Assembly (NCBI GenBank): GCA_016196885.1
Contig: JACPWU010000006.1
Span: 1 to 28,676, forward strand
Direction: 5' to 3'
DNA from: Chlamydiota bacterium
Lineage (GTDB): Bacteria > Auribacterota > JACPWU01
DNA length: 28,676 nt
In this document: piece after piece, positions 15,517 through 22,608 of the stretch
Numbering within the stretch: position 1 is the first letter of the stretch
Layout: each line of letters opens with the position of its first letter
Notes under the pieces: generated by a model
Seen by the model: only the letters and a program-made list of their open reading frames with translations
The model's database searches: none
What the model was told of the DNA's origin: nothing
Made by a program: the position numbers and the translations under genes

Positions 15517-15585
15517 AAAGATCCTTTTTTCTACATTTGTGGATCATATTGGGTAAAATAATAGATAGAGTTCGAATTGATTTTG

Positions 15586-15794
15586 AATCCGGAGCCATTT
15601 TATAAGTATCGAACTGGGAAATTTGACCCCCCACCGTCAAATTTCCCTTTTTTGTTTCGGGGAACTCCTTATTTATCCCAGCGGTCGCCCCCACCCGACA
15701 GCAGGATAGAGGAAAAGAAACATCTACTGCCGCACTCGGCCCTTTATCTGCCATAGACAGCGGGCCTCCATTGTTGGGTATTTGTGTCTCAGAG
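15586..15794. repeat. Type-4 repeat, copy D1 (diverged, with ~75-bp extra block)
   Basis: Shares three blocks with 17026-17141: AATCCGGAGCCA..TTTTA, a 22-nt identical block CCAGCGGTCGCCCCCACCCGAC (15678-15699), and a 19-nt identical block GGGTATTTGTGTCTCAGAG (15776-15794). It lies immediately 3' of the stop of gene 15807-16451. Confidence 0.7.
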
Positions 15795-15806
15795 GCTTTT
15801 TTAAGA

Positions 15807-16451
15807 TCAGTACTTAGTAATGAAAAGAAAAAAAGTGCTAATAAATGCAATTCCAGAGACAAACAGTCCTATGGTCAACCAATAGAATAATGTTAGCAGG
15901 CGGGTTTTAACTCCAATAGGTCTCTTAAGACCTTCAAGATAATCTTCGTCATAGAATCTCAGGCTATCTCGAAAATTACATAAAAATTTTGTCTTAATTT
16001 TTTCGTCAACTTTTTTGTTTCCTGTTGTTGCTATTTCTTCAATCTGGTTTCTTATATTGTGTCCTTCCCAAAGATTTTTTAGAATTTCCACTCCTAATTT
16101 CATTGAGACATACCTAATTTCAAGAAAAATCTTAAAGACTAACGCAGAAAATACGGTGAGAACTAAAAGCTTGGAGCCTAGGACCAAAATTTCTACATAA
16201 GCTAAGTCGTTTGAAAGTTTGTTAAAAGTAAAGAATAGAGCTCCTGTCGCTAAACCAGTGAGCCAATTAATGAAGTTATCTCGACCTGAGAGTTTGGTTT
16301 GCAAAAACTCGTTGAGTTGTTCGTGATATTCCTTATTGTGTGGATTGTCGCACTTGCGTTTGATCTCTTCGGCTTTTTTCTCAAGTTCAGCTATATCTAT
16401 CTTCTCGTCAGACCGTTTTAATTTGTTGATTAGCCACTTAAACACGCACAT
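15807..16451 (-). CDS. Hypothetical integral membrane protein (214 aa)
   Basis: Has a charged N-terminus and hydrophobic segments FINWLTGLATGALFFTF, LVLGSKLLVLTVFSALVFKIFL and LLTLFYWLTIGLFVSGIAFISTFFLFI. No family recognised. Confidence 0.55.
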   Translation of the reverse strand: MCVFKWLINKLKRSDEKIDIAELEKKAEEIKRKCDNPHNKEYHEQLNEFLQTKLSGRDNFINWLTGLATGALFFTFNKLSNDLAYVEILVLGSKLLVLTVFSALVFKIFLEIRYVSMKLGVEILKNLWEGHNIRNQIEEIATTGNKKVDEKIKTKFLCNFRDSLRFYDEDYLEGLKRPIGVKTRLLTLFYWLTIGLFVSGIAFISTFFLFITKY

Positions 16452-16470
16452 TTCTTATCCTTACGATAAT

Positions 16471-16818
16471 TTATTGTTGCTTCGTATCATTATGATATTT
16501 TTCTTTCAACTTGTTGAGTTTATCGTCTAACATTTTAATGGTGTTTTCCCAATGAGAATCTATTATTTTTAGTTTTTCATCGAAAAAAATCTTAAAAATT
16601 TTGAAAATATTTAGAAATGAGAGCAGGATAACTATGTAATAGAATTTGTATTCATTTTTATCCTTCGGAAATTGGAAATAATGAACCTTAACTTCTTTTG
16701 GTAAATCTGTATCGTCCCTTTTGAATTCTAATCTATGGAAAAAAGAATTTACATCTGCATGTGAGCCGAATAAAATAAAGGGGTCAAATAAAGAATAAAA
16801 ATAATAAAGGTAAAGGGG
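16471..16818 (-). pseudogene. Start-less 115-codon open frame (possible 5'-decayed gene) upstream of the membrane protein
   Basis: My own translation gives ...FHRLEFKRDDTDLPKEVKVHYFQFPKDKNEYKFYYIVILLSFLNIFKIFKIFFDEKLKIIDSHWENTIKMLDDKLNKLKEKYHNDTKQQ*. The only in-frame ATG is 20 codons from the end (16533). The stop lies 19 nt before ATG 16451. Confidence 0.3.
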
Positions 16819-16968
16819 TCAAGTCTTTTCTTGACTACATATAAGAGTGACTCGGCACCTTTCATTCCACCCTCCCATCACCCCAAAAGAACGGCTTCAC
16901 GGAGGGAGTAGAGTCTTTGAATTTTCGGACAGACGGCCTCCCTATTCGTCCTGCCCTCGAGGCAGAAC

Positions 16969-17008
16969 AAAAAAATAAGCCAGGTCACGGAGAAGTGCCT
17001 TGGCTTAT
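16969..17008 (-). terminator. Rho-independent terminator downstream of the DUF4238 operon
   Basis: The minus strand reads ATAAGCCAAGG-CACTTCTCCGTGA-CCTGGCTTAT followed by TTTTTTT, a stem of about 10 bp with one bulge. It lies about 160 nt after the stop at 17167. Confidence 0.55.
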
Positions 17009-17025
17009 TTTGGCTCCGGATTCAA

Positions 17026-17141
17026 AATCCGGAGCCAATTTTAATAAGGTGTCGCCGTTGGCGACTTTATCTTTTTGGCCCAACCCGTCATTTTTTCCAG
17101 CGGTCGCCCCCACCCGACCGCTGGGTATTTGTGTCTCAGAG
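17026..17141. repeat. Type-4 repeat, copy D2 (compact, intact hairpins)
   Basis: Contains a perfect 10-bp stem CCAGCGGTCG/CGACCGCTGG (17097-17124), GTCGCC-GTT-GGCGAC, and GGCTCCGGA-TTCAAAA-TCCGGAGCC just upstream. It lies in the 3' untranslated region of gene 17167-18126. Confidence 0.7.
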
Positions 17142-17166
17142 ACTTTTTCGGAAGCTAATACATAAA

Positions 17167-18126
17167 CTAACCGACTTTAATTTTTATTTGGCTATCCTTA
17201 TACTTTGTCGCTAGTGATCTCAACCCTTCAGATTTAAGAGATGAAAATATAAATCGCCAAGATGCACTTGCAGTTCGTCTATTAAATTCTTTGACGAGCT
17301 GGTTATCAGCCTTGTAGTAGCTTGCATCGAGTTTCCATGAACCAAAGGCGCAAATGTCCTTGGAAAGGGGTAAAGTGACTTCAATATTTTTGTTCCCTAA
17401 GCCATATCCGTAGAAAGAAACCCGTTTATAACTGGGATCAATATAATTAAACGGATTATCCCCTGTTATAAATTTATTTTCATCTGATGCTTCAAAAAAG
17501 CCCCAGTGCATTTGTTTAAAAATTCTTGCAAATTTTTTTAAAAGAGATAAGGAAGTTGTAATACCTACCTGAGGATTCATTCTCATCTCAAAGTTCTTGT
17601 CAAAGTGCAAGACAGTCTTTCGATATTCCTCAAAAGGCATGCCAATAGTCTTTCCCGTTTTTTCTTCAATAGCCTTTACCGACCTTTCAAATGCTTTTTC
17701 ATCTGCTGCTAACATTTGTAATATCTTTTTATTAATTCCTGAAAACGCTTCCCCAACGTTGTCTCGAAAATTAGGAGCCCTAATCTGCATCAACGCGACA
17801 AAAAAGCTAAAAGTTATCATTTCGGAGTCTGTTAAAGATTGTTTATTCAAAATCTTCTTTATGACGGGTAAAGTTTCATTTTCCATATCCGTTATCAAGT
17901 TCTCTAGTGTCTCAGAATCTTTCTGTCCGTTTTCATTTATAAACGTGAAATAATCATTTTCATACGCTATGGCTTCAGGTTTTTCCTCAAACACTTCACT
18001 ATTATTTTTGTTATAAACCCACAAACACTCACTTGGAGAAACAAATCTTTTCAAGTAAGCGACTGGAATATAGTGATGCTTCTTCTTTGGCTTAGACTTT
18101 TTGATGTTAGGTGCGGCTTTTGTCAT
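17167..18126 (-). CDS. DUF4238 domain protein
   Basis: The N-terminal HHYIPVAYLKRF matches the DUF4238 signature (HY-P--YL--F), and the later WGFFEASDENKFITGDNPF block also fits. Length is 319 aa. The start lies 4 nt after the stop of the HTH gene. Confidence 0.75.
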   Translation of the reverse strand: MTKAAPNIKKSKPKKKHHYIPVAYLKRFVSPSECLWVYNKNNSEVFEEKPEAIAYENDYFTFINENGQKDSETLENLITDMENETLPVIKKILNKQSLTDSEMITFSFFVALMQIRAPNFRDNVGEAFSGINKKILQMLAADEKAFERSVKAIEEKTGKTIGMPFEEYRKTVLHFDKNFEMRMNPQVGITTSLSLLKKFARIFKQMHWGFFEASDENKFITGDNPFNYIDPSYKRVSFYGYGLGNKNIEVTLPLSKDICAFGSWKLDASYYKADNQLVKEFNRRTASASWRFIFSSLKSEGLRSLATKYKDSQIKIKVG

Positions 18127-18130
18127 GATT

Positions 18131-18307
18131 TCATCTCACAAGTTTATCAATAGAAACTTCCAAAGCATCGGCTAACTTTATGACAGTTCCGATTCTCGGA
18201 TTCTTTATTCCGTTCCGTTCAATCTTTATAAGAGTGTTGTAAAAAATACTTGCTTCTCGATCGAATTTCTCTTGTGAACAGGTTTCACGGGTTTCCTTTG
18301 CTCTCAT
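18131..18307 (-). CDS. XRE-family helix-turn-helix protein (58 aa), not in the ORF track
   Basis: My own codon-by-codon translation gives MRAKETRETCSQEKFDREASIFYNTLIKIERNGIKNPRIGTVIKLADALEVSIDKLVR. The IERNG..NP...T.IKLADAL.VSIDKL pattern is typical of HTH_XRE. It is packed 4 nt from both neighbouring genes. Confidence 0.6.
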   Translation of the reverse strand: MRAKETRETCSQEKFDREASIFYNTLIKIERNGIKNPRIGTVIKLADALEVSIDKLVR

Positions 18308-18311
18308 GAAT

Positions 18312-18752
18312 TTATTTCCAACCCAGTATGATTTTTTTGTCTCGCATGGATATCAATCTGGAAGAAGCAACAAGTTGGTCAATTTGATCCATGATTTCTA
18401 AAGTTAATGTGCCTACAAAATGTACAAGATTTTGCCGATATCTCTCACTCAATTCAGTACGAGGAAAAGACCAAACATTTCTACAATCAATGATTGTCTC
18501 CAGAGGAAAAAACGATAATTCACGGGGCTGGATTCGGACAAAATCCTTAACTTCAGGATGCTGATTATAAAATTCAATTTTAGAAGTGGTCAAAAATAGG
18601 AGCGTTTTGGAATCACTGGGATGTTTGTTAAGAACAATGATATATTTACTTTTTGTTTCACCCCTCTTGAAATGAAGATTCGTTAAAAGAACAACGCCTC
18701 TCTTGAACTCTTTTTCAAAAACACTGTCATGAATGATCGGAGGTATGTCCAT
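18312..18752 (-). CDS. Putative toxin partner of the DUF4065 antitoxin (MazF/PemK-like pattern, uncertain)
   Basis: 146 aa. FKRGVVLLTNLHFKRGETKSKYIIVLN...LLFLTTSK resembles the MazF/PemK N-terminal barrel pattern (G-vv-v-f..GhE..K-RP-vVls...v-P-TS). It starts 11 nt after the DUF4065 gene stop. Confidence 0.45.
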   Translation of the reverse strand: MDIPPIIHDSVFEKEFKRGVVLLTNLHFKRGETKSKYIIVLNKHPSDSKTLLFLTTSKIEFYNQHPEVKDFVRIQPRELSFFPLETIIDCRNVWSFPRTELSERYRQNLVHFVGTLTLEIMDQIDQLVASSRLISMRDKKIILGWK

Positions 18753-18763
18753 TGACGATAGGA

Positions 18764-19375
18764 TCAGGTTGGAGAAGCTAACAACGAAACTAAATCTACA
18801 TGTTCCTGAAGAATTTCAAGATATTCTATAGCTTGGGAATTTGCATCCTTATCATCCTCAAAAAATAAGCGGTAATCAATTTCTCCATTTTTTTCAGATT
18901 TATTCCAAGGGGCCTCTTTGTGAGTTGAGGTAATCAATTTATTCCAGGACAAATGTCCATATTTTTGAATGGTATTGTGTAAAGATTCTTGTTCGGATTC
19001 AGAGAGGCAGTCTAGATCAGGTGCTTTTTTAGGTTCGAAAGTCGGATGTTTACTTTGAGTGTTTACTTTGAGATATCTTTTAAAAAGTTCTAAATTGCTC
19101 TGCTGAATATTTGGGATTTTATAAGGAGAAATCGCTTCATTGATAATATCCAAAGCTTTTGATGGAACAGGGCCATAGTCTAAGTGAAAATAGACATCTC
19201 CCAAGATGGGACGCCCATATCTAACCAAATGGTACTTATCTGCATAATAAAGAAGTTTTACAGCTTTAAGCTTATCTAGATCCCTTATTTTTGAAGCTAA
19301 GAGAGTTAAACAAGCAATAAACTTCTCATTGTCAAATTTAAATCTAATAGGGGGCTGAGAGGCTGAAATATTCAT
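18764..19375 (-). CDS. DUF4065 (Panacea/SocA-like) antitoxin-type protein
   Basis: LDKLKAVKLLYYADKYHLVRYGRPILGDVYFHLDYGPVPSKALDIINEAI matches the DUF4065 core (KLLYyAd...g.pi.g..y.a...GPV). Length is 203 aa. A perfect TATAAT (plus-strand ATTATA at 19390-19395) lies upstream. Confidence 0.75.
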   Translation of the reverse strand: MNISASQPPIRFKFDNEKFIACLTLLASKIRDLDKLKAVKLLYYADKYHLVRYGRPILGDVYFHLDYGPVPSKALDIINEAISPYKIPNIQQSNLELFKRYLKVNTQSKHPTFEPKKAPDLDCLSESEQESLHNTIQKYGHLSWNKLITSTHKEAPWNKSEKNGEIDYRLFFEDDKDANSQAIEYLEILQEHVDLVSLLASPT

Positions 19376-19426
19376 AATTTATGGAAGGAATTATAGCATC
19401 TATATCCCGATTTTAACACGAGAAAC

Positions 19427-19503
19427 TGGCTCCCCGGGCAGGACTCGAACCTGCGACATACTGGTTAACAGCCAGTCGCTTCTACCAGCTGAGCTACCGG
19501 GGA
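19427..19503 (-). tRNA. tRNA-Asn (anticodon GTT), CCA encoded
   Basis: The reverse complement TCCCCGGTAGCTCAGCTGGTAGAAGCGACTGGCTGTTAACCAGTATGTCGCAGGTTCGAGTCCTGCCCGGGGAGCCA folds as a cloverleaf: acceptor TCCCCGG/CCGGGGA, anticodon stem ACTGG/CCAGT with loop CTGTTAA, and T arm GCAGG-TTCGAGT-CCTGC. It closely resembles E. coli tRNA-Asn. Confidence 0.9.
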
Positions 19504-19984
19504 GTAATCTTGAAACTCCTGAGAAATTTTGATTGCTCTAACAATGACCTAAACAACCTAACAATAAAAACAAGCACGTCACCGACCATTCCCCTCCCTT
19601 GATCCTAAAGGACCGCGCTTCGCTGGTGGAAGGGGTAAGGGGAGGGTGATTTTAAGCCCCCCTCCCTAACCCTCCCCACGAAGGGGGAGGGAAAATCCAC
19701 TTTCATTTGCATCATTCAATAGCCTACGACAATAATTTCTTTTCAAGAAGCTATCAGATGCACTAGGATACTGTCAAGGGAAGCTAATTCATACTTCCCA
19801 CCATGAACTTAAAATGGTTATAGACCATTCCCGAGTGTATTTATCGGGGATCCCATGACAAAAACCCTAAACGTGGATTCCCGCTTACCCCTTTCTGGGG
19901 CTACTTCGTTGAAGCTTGTGGGAATGATAGATATGGGTGAAAAATGTACGCAAAAATAGCTTGGCTCAAACAGCAATTACAACG

Positions 19985-21265
19985 ATGAAAAATATAAAAA
20001 CTCTCATCTGGCCTTTTCTTCTCTGTCTCACAACCAGCTCTTGCGTCTATGAGCCCCCCTCCTGGACACCTGATGGGAAGAAAATCGTGGTCGGCGCTCT
20101 CTATAACAATGAAAAGGGGAAAGAAGAGTATCAGTTTTTTTCGATGGATGTGACGTCCGGAAAATCACAGAAGATTTCTCAATTCACGGAAGAGAAAAAT
20201 GGAATTTGCCCTCGGCTCTCACCTGATGGAAGTAAGCTTGCTTTTCTTTACCGCAACAATCCAGAAGCACCTCAAAACAAAATGAATCTTTGTGTGATGA
20301 ACGCCTCGGGAGGAAAAGTAACCGCTCTCGTTGAACTAACTCGGGATGAGGAGAATTCTTTCTATACCGGTATAACCTGGTCATCCAACGGGTCATGGAT
20401 TGCAGCGCCTCATTTTAATTCAGAAAAAAAGATCCATGAAATGGTTCTCGTCTCTCTCCAAGAAGCTGCTAAAAAACTTTCCGGAGAGTATTCACAAATG
20501 CTCCCCTCCTGGGCAAAAAATGAAAATAGATTTGCTTATCTCGTCATCAAAGAAAAAAGTTACGACCTTTGTGTTTATGAGATGAAAAGCGGTGCTTCAA
20601 AAATTGTGCTTCATGATTTGAAACTTCCCGCAAAACATCGCAAAGAGCTACTTGCCTTTTTAGCCCCTTCCTGGGCCCCGGACAATACATCCATCGCCTA
20701 CATCAATGGGTCTCAAATTGAAACGGTGAATGTTCAGACGGGAGAAAGACATCAGCTCACGCATGGACGAAGTGCAAAAGTTTCCGTGGAGTGGTCCCCC
20801 AATGGAAAATATTTGGCCTTTATGAAGGTAAAAATTACCCTGAAAAATCCCAATTATGGAGAGAGTCAATCTGATATTGCCATCATAGATTTAAAAGGAG
20901 AAAATGCAAAAATTTTAACTTCTTTGGAGGGCGAGGCCTATCTTCCCCGCTGGTCCCCTTCAGGGGAAAAAATCGCTTTTCTTTTTGCCGAGGGAGACCG
21001 TGTGCTTTCTTTACCTGCCGTTACAGATCTCGAGGGTCAGGTTCAATTTTTTCCGGTAAACGGGGATCAGAAAATTCGATTGGCCAAATATGAATTTGAA
21101 CACGAGAGCCCAACGGATACGACCCACACAGAAGCCAAGAAATGGCTGCAAGAAGTGATTCAAGAAAATCCAAAAACCAAATGGGCTGAAGAAGCTGAAA
21201 AATTTCTTCAGGTCCTTGAAGAAGACCTCAAGAAAAAATCTTCAGAAGTTCCAGCGAAATTGTGA
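19985..21265 (+). CDS. TolB-like beta-propeller (PD40/WD40-like repeat) periplasmic protein, possibly a lipoprotein
   Basis: Has repeated TPDGKKIVV, LSPDGSKLAF, WSPNGKYLAF and WSPSGEKIAF blades. I prefer ATG 19985 (MKNIKTLIWPFLLCLTTSSC signal, possible lipobox) over GTG 19937. Confidence 0.75.
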   Translation: MKNIKTLIWPFLLCLTTSSCVYEPPSWTPDGKKIVVGALYNNEKGKEEYQFFSMDVTSGKSQKISQFTEEKNGICPRLSPDGSKLAFLYRNNPEAPQNKMNLCVMNASGGKVTALVELTRDEENSFYTGITWSSNGSWIAAPHFNSEKKIHEMVLVSLQEAAKKLSGEYSQMLPSWAKNENRFAYLVIKEKSYDLCVYEMKSGASKIVLHDLKLPAKHRKELLAFLAPSWAPDNTSIAYINGSQIETVNVQTGERHQLTHGRSAKVSVEWSPNGKYLAFMKVKITLKNPNYGESQSDIAIIDLKGENAKILTSLEGEAYLPRWSPSGEKIAFLFAEGDRVLSLPAVTDLEGQVQFFPVNGDQKIRLAKYEFEHESPTDTTHTEAKKWLQEVIQENPKTKWAEEAEKFLQVLEEDLKKKSSEVPAKL

Positions 21266-21445
21266 TTCGACCCAGAGAAATGAGCGCTTGCCACTCCTGG
21301 TCAGCCATGGACGAGAGCACTTCTTTGGGAACATTCCAACGAATGAAGCAAAGCGCCTCGTAATCCTTTTGGCACTGCTTGCAGGACTGCAGATGTCTTT
21401 TTAAAAGGTTTAAAGCGCTTTTATCGGGAGAGCTTAAAAACTTAA

Positions 21446-21483
21446 GCGGGGATGGTTCATATTCTTAAAGAGACCATCCCCGC
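21446..21483 (-). terminator. Probable terminator hairpin after the small gene 21510-21671
   Basis: 11-bp stem GCGGGGATGGT / ACCATCCCCGC. On the minus strand it is followed by TTAAGTTTTT. A second hairpin, ATCCCTACA-GGCCGG-TGCAGGGAT, lies just upstream. Confidence 0.45.
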
Positions 21484-21509
21484 AAAATCCCTACAGGCCG
21501 GTGCAGGGA

Positions 21510-21671
21510 TTATTTATACTCAGAGGACATTAATTTTAAGACTTGCTGCGAAAAGGTTTGGTGATACTGAACGGCAAATCGGGCAATCCACTCTTCAGGC
21601 TTAATTCCGAGGCGGCGGCACTCTTCTTTCATCAACTCCACCTCTTTCAAGATATAATCTTTAGCTGACAT
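21510..21671 (-). CDS. Hypothetical small protein (53 aa from the preferred start)
   Basis: GGAGGA lies 5 nt upstream of ATG 21671 (MSAKDYILKEVELMKEECRRLGIKPEEWIARF...). The track start at 21707 is a GTG with no RBS. Confidence 0.4.
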   Translation of the reverse strand: MSAKDYILKEVELMKEECRRLGIKPEEWIARFAVQYHQTFSQQVLKLMSSEYK

Positions 21672-21914
21672 TGCTTCCTCCATCCCCTCCATAGATATAG
21701 ACACCACAAATGTGAAAAAGTTGAAAAAAATATGAACATTTTTATAACATTCTTATCAAGAATGAGTTAAGAAATAAATTTTTAAATAAAAGGGGGCTTT
21801 TTCAGGAGAGATTGTTCATATTTGAGCAGAAAATGAGCTTGCGAAGATTTTCTAGGAACAGAAATCTGGTGAGAAACATACATGACTGTCCGTCACAAAG
21901 GGGGATGAAAATCA

Positions 21915-21967
21915 CCCTTGTAGTCACCCCATTTATGGGGCTGCCCGATGAATCGGGCGACTACAAG
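21915..21967. repeat. Type-2 element core fragment (inner hairpins only, no TIRs)
   Basis: CCCTTGTAGTCACCCCATTTATGGGGCTGCCCGATGAATCGGGCGACTACAAG matches the inner stems of the type-2 element (GTAGTCGCCCC..GGGGC and GCCCGATGAATCGGGCGACTACAA) in inverted orientation. Confidence 0.6.
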
Positions 21968-22023
21968 TCCTCATAACTTATTGTATAAGAATAAGTAAAG
22001 ACTATTTTTAGATGAAATGCGGG

Positions 22024-22440
22024 CTAGGTTGAAGTGGCAGGACAAGTTCCTGTGGTTCCAGCAATGGTATCGTCCGGGCTAGGTCTTTGGAGCTTAAGGG
22101 CATAGGTGTTGGTGGTGTCAAAAGTGAGAGAGGTTTCACAAAAAATAAGTGTGCTTCCGGAACTACAGGTTGACGAACCTGTACTTGCTGTACAAGTTGA
22201 GCCATCAACGACAAAGGTATTCAATGTAGACCCGTTTTTTGTCACGATGACCCTGTAATTGGTCAGAGTAGGAGTTCCAGAAACGCAGGCTGCAATGCCC
22301 CCACCTTCATCCTCCACAGAACAACTGGCTGATGTAGGAACCTCCGTAGAGCCAGTTCCTGAACTAAAATCAACATATTGGCTGAATGCACAAGGAAGAA
22401 CAGTTTGAACGGTTCTGAGAGAGGGTCTTTGATATTTCAC
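22024..22440 (-). CDS. Hypothetical Cys/Ser/Thr/Gly-rich protein (138 aa, GTG start)
   Basis: The ORF has 8 Cys and long S/T/G tracts (GSTCTASTGSSTCSSGSTLIFC). No ATG, no clear signal peptide, and only a distant GAGGAAG upstream. Confidence 0.4.
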   Translation of the reverse strand: MKYQRPSLRTVQTVLPCAFSQYVDFSSGTGSTEVPTSASCSVEDEGGGIAACVSGTPTLTNYRVIVTKNGSTLNTFVVDGSTCTASTGSSTCSSGSTLIFCETSLTFDTTNTYALKLQRPSPDDTIAGTTGTCPATST

Positions 22441-22608
22441 GGGAAGCGCTTCCTCAAGATAAAAAGAATCGGTCTATACGATGTTATTTTTCTATCATTT
22501 TGTCAAACAGAAAAAACTCCCGAATATTTATTTTAATAGGTGCAGGGTTCTTCCCCTATTGATTCAAAGGTGTTCTTTGGAAAGAGAATATCGTAAAATG
22601 TTCTTCCT

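Noticed and set aside
17013-17037. The hairpin GGCTCCGGA-TTCAAAA-TCCGGAGCC resembles a tRNA anticodon arm (CAA, Leu) or a T arm, suggesting a tRNA fragment or att remnant.
   Set aside because: No D arm, T arm or acceptor stem can be built around it. The only similarity to the tRNA-Asn 3' end is the heptamer TGGCTCC, which is too short to be meaningful.
15586-17141. The minus-strand island genes, each followed by a structured repeat, looked like integron gene cassettes with attC sites. GCCCAAC (17078-17084) fits the RYYYAAC core.
   Set aside because: No matching GTTRRRY partner lies at the expected distance on the same strand. D1 lacks the core. No intI or attI is present, and only two copies exist.
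21228-21464. A minus-strand open frame (...LKRHLQSCKQCQKDYEALCFIRW...) has an HL--C--C pattern like zf-HC2 anti-sigma factors.
   Set aside because: There is no start codon before residue 53 of 78. It overlaps the 3' end of the TolB-like gene, has no TM segment and no adjacent sigma factor, and rests on motif-level similarity only. At best it is a decayed remnant.
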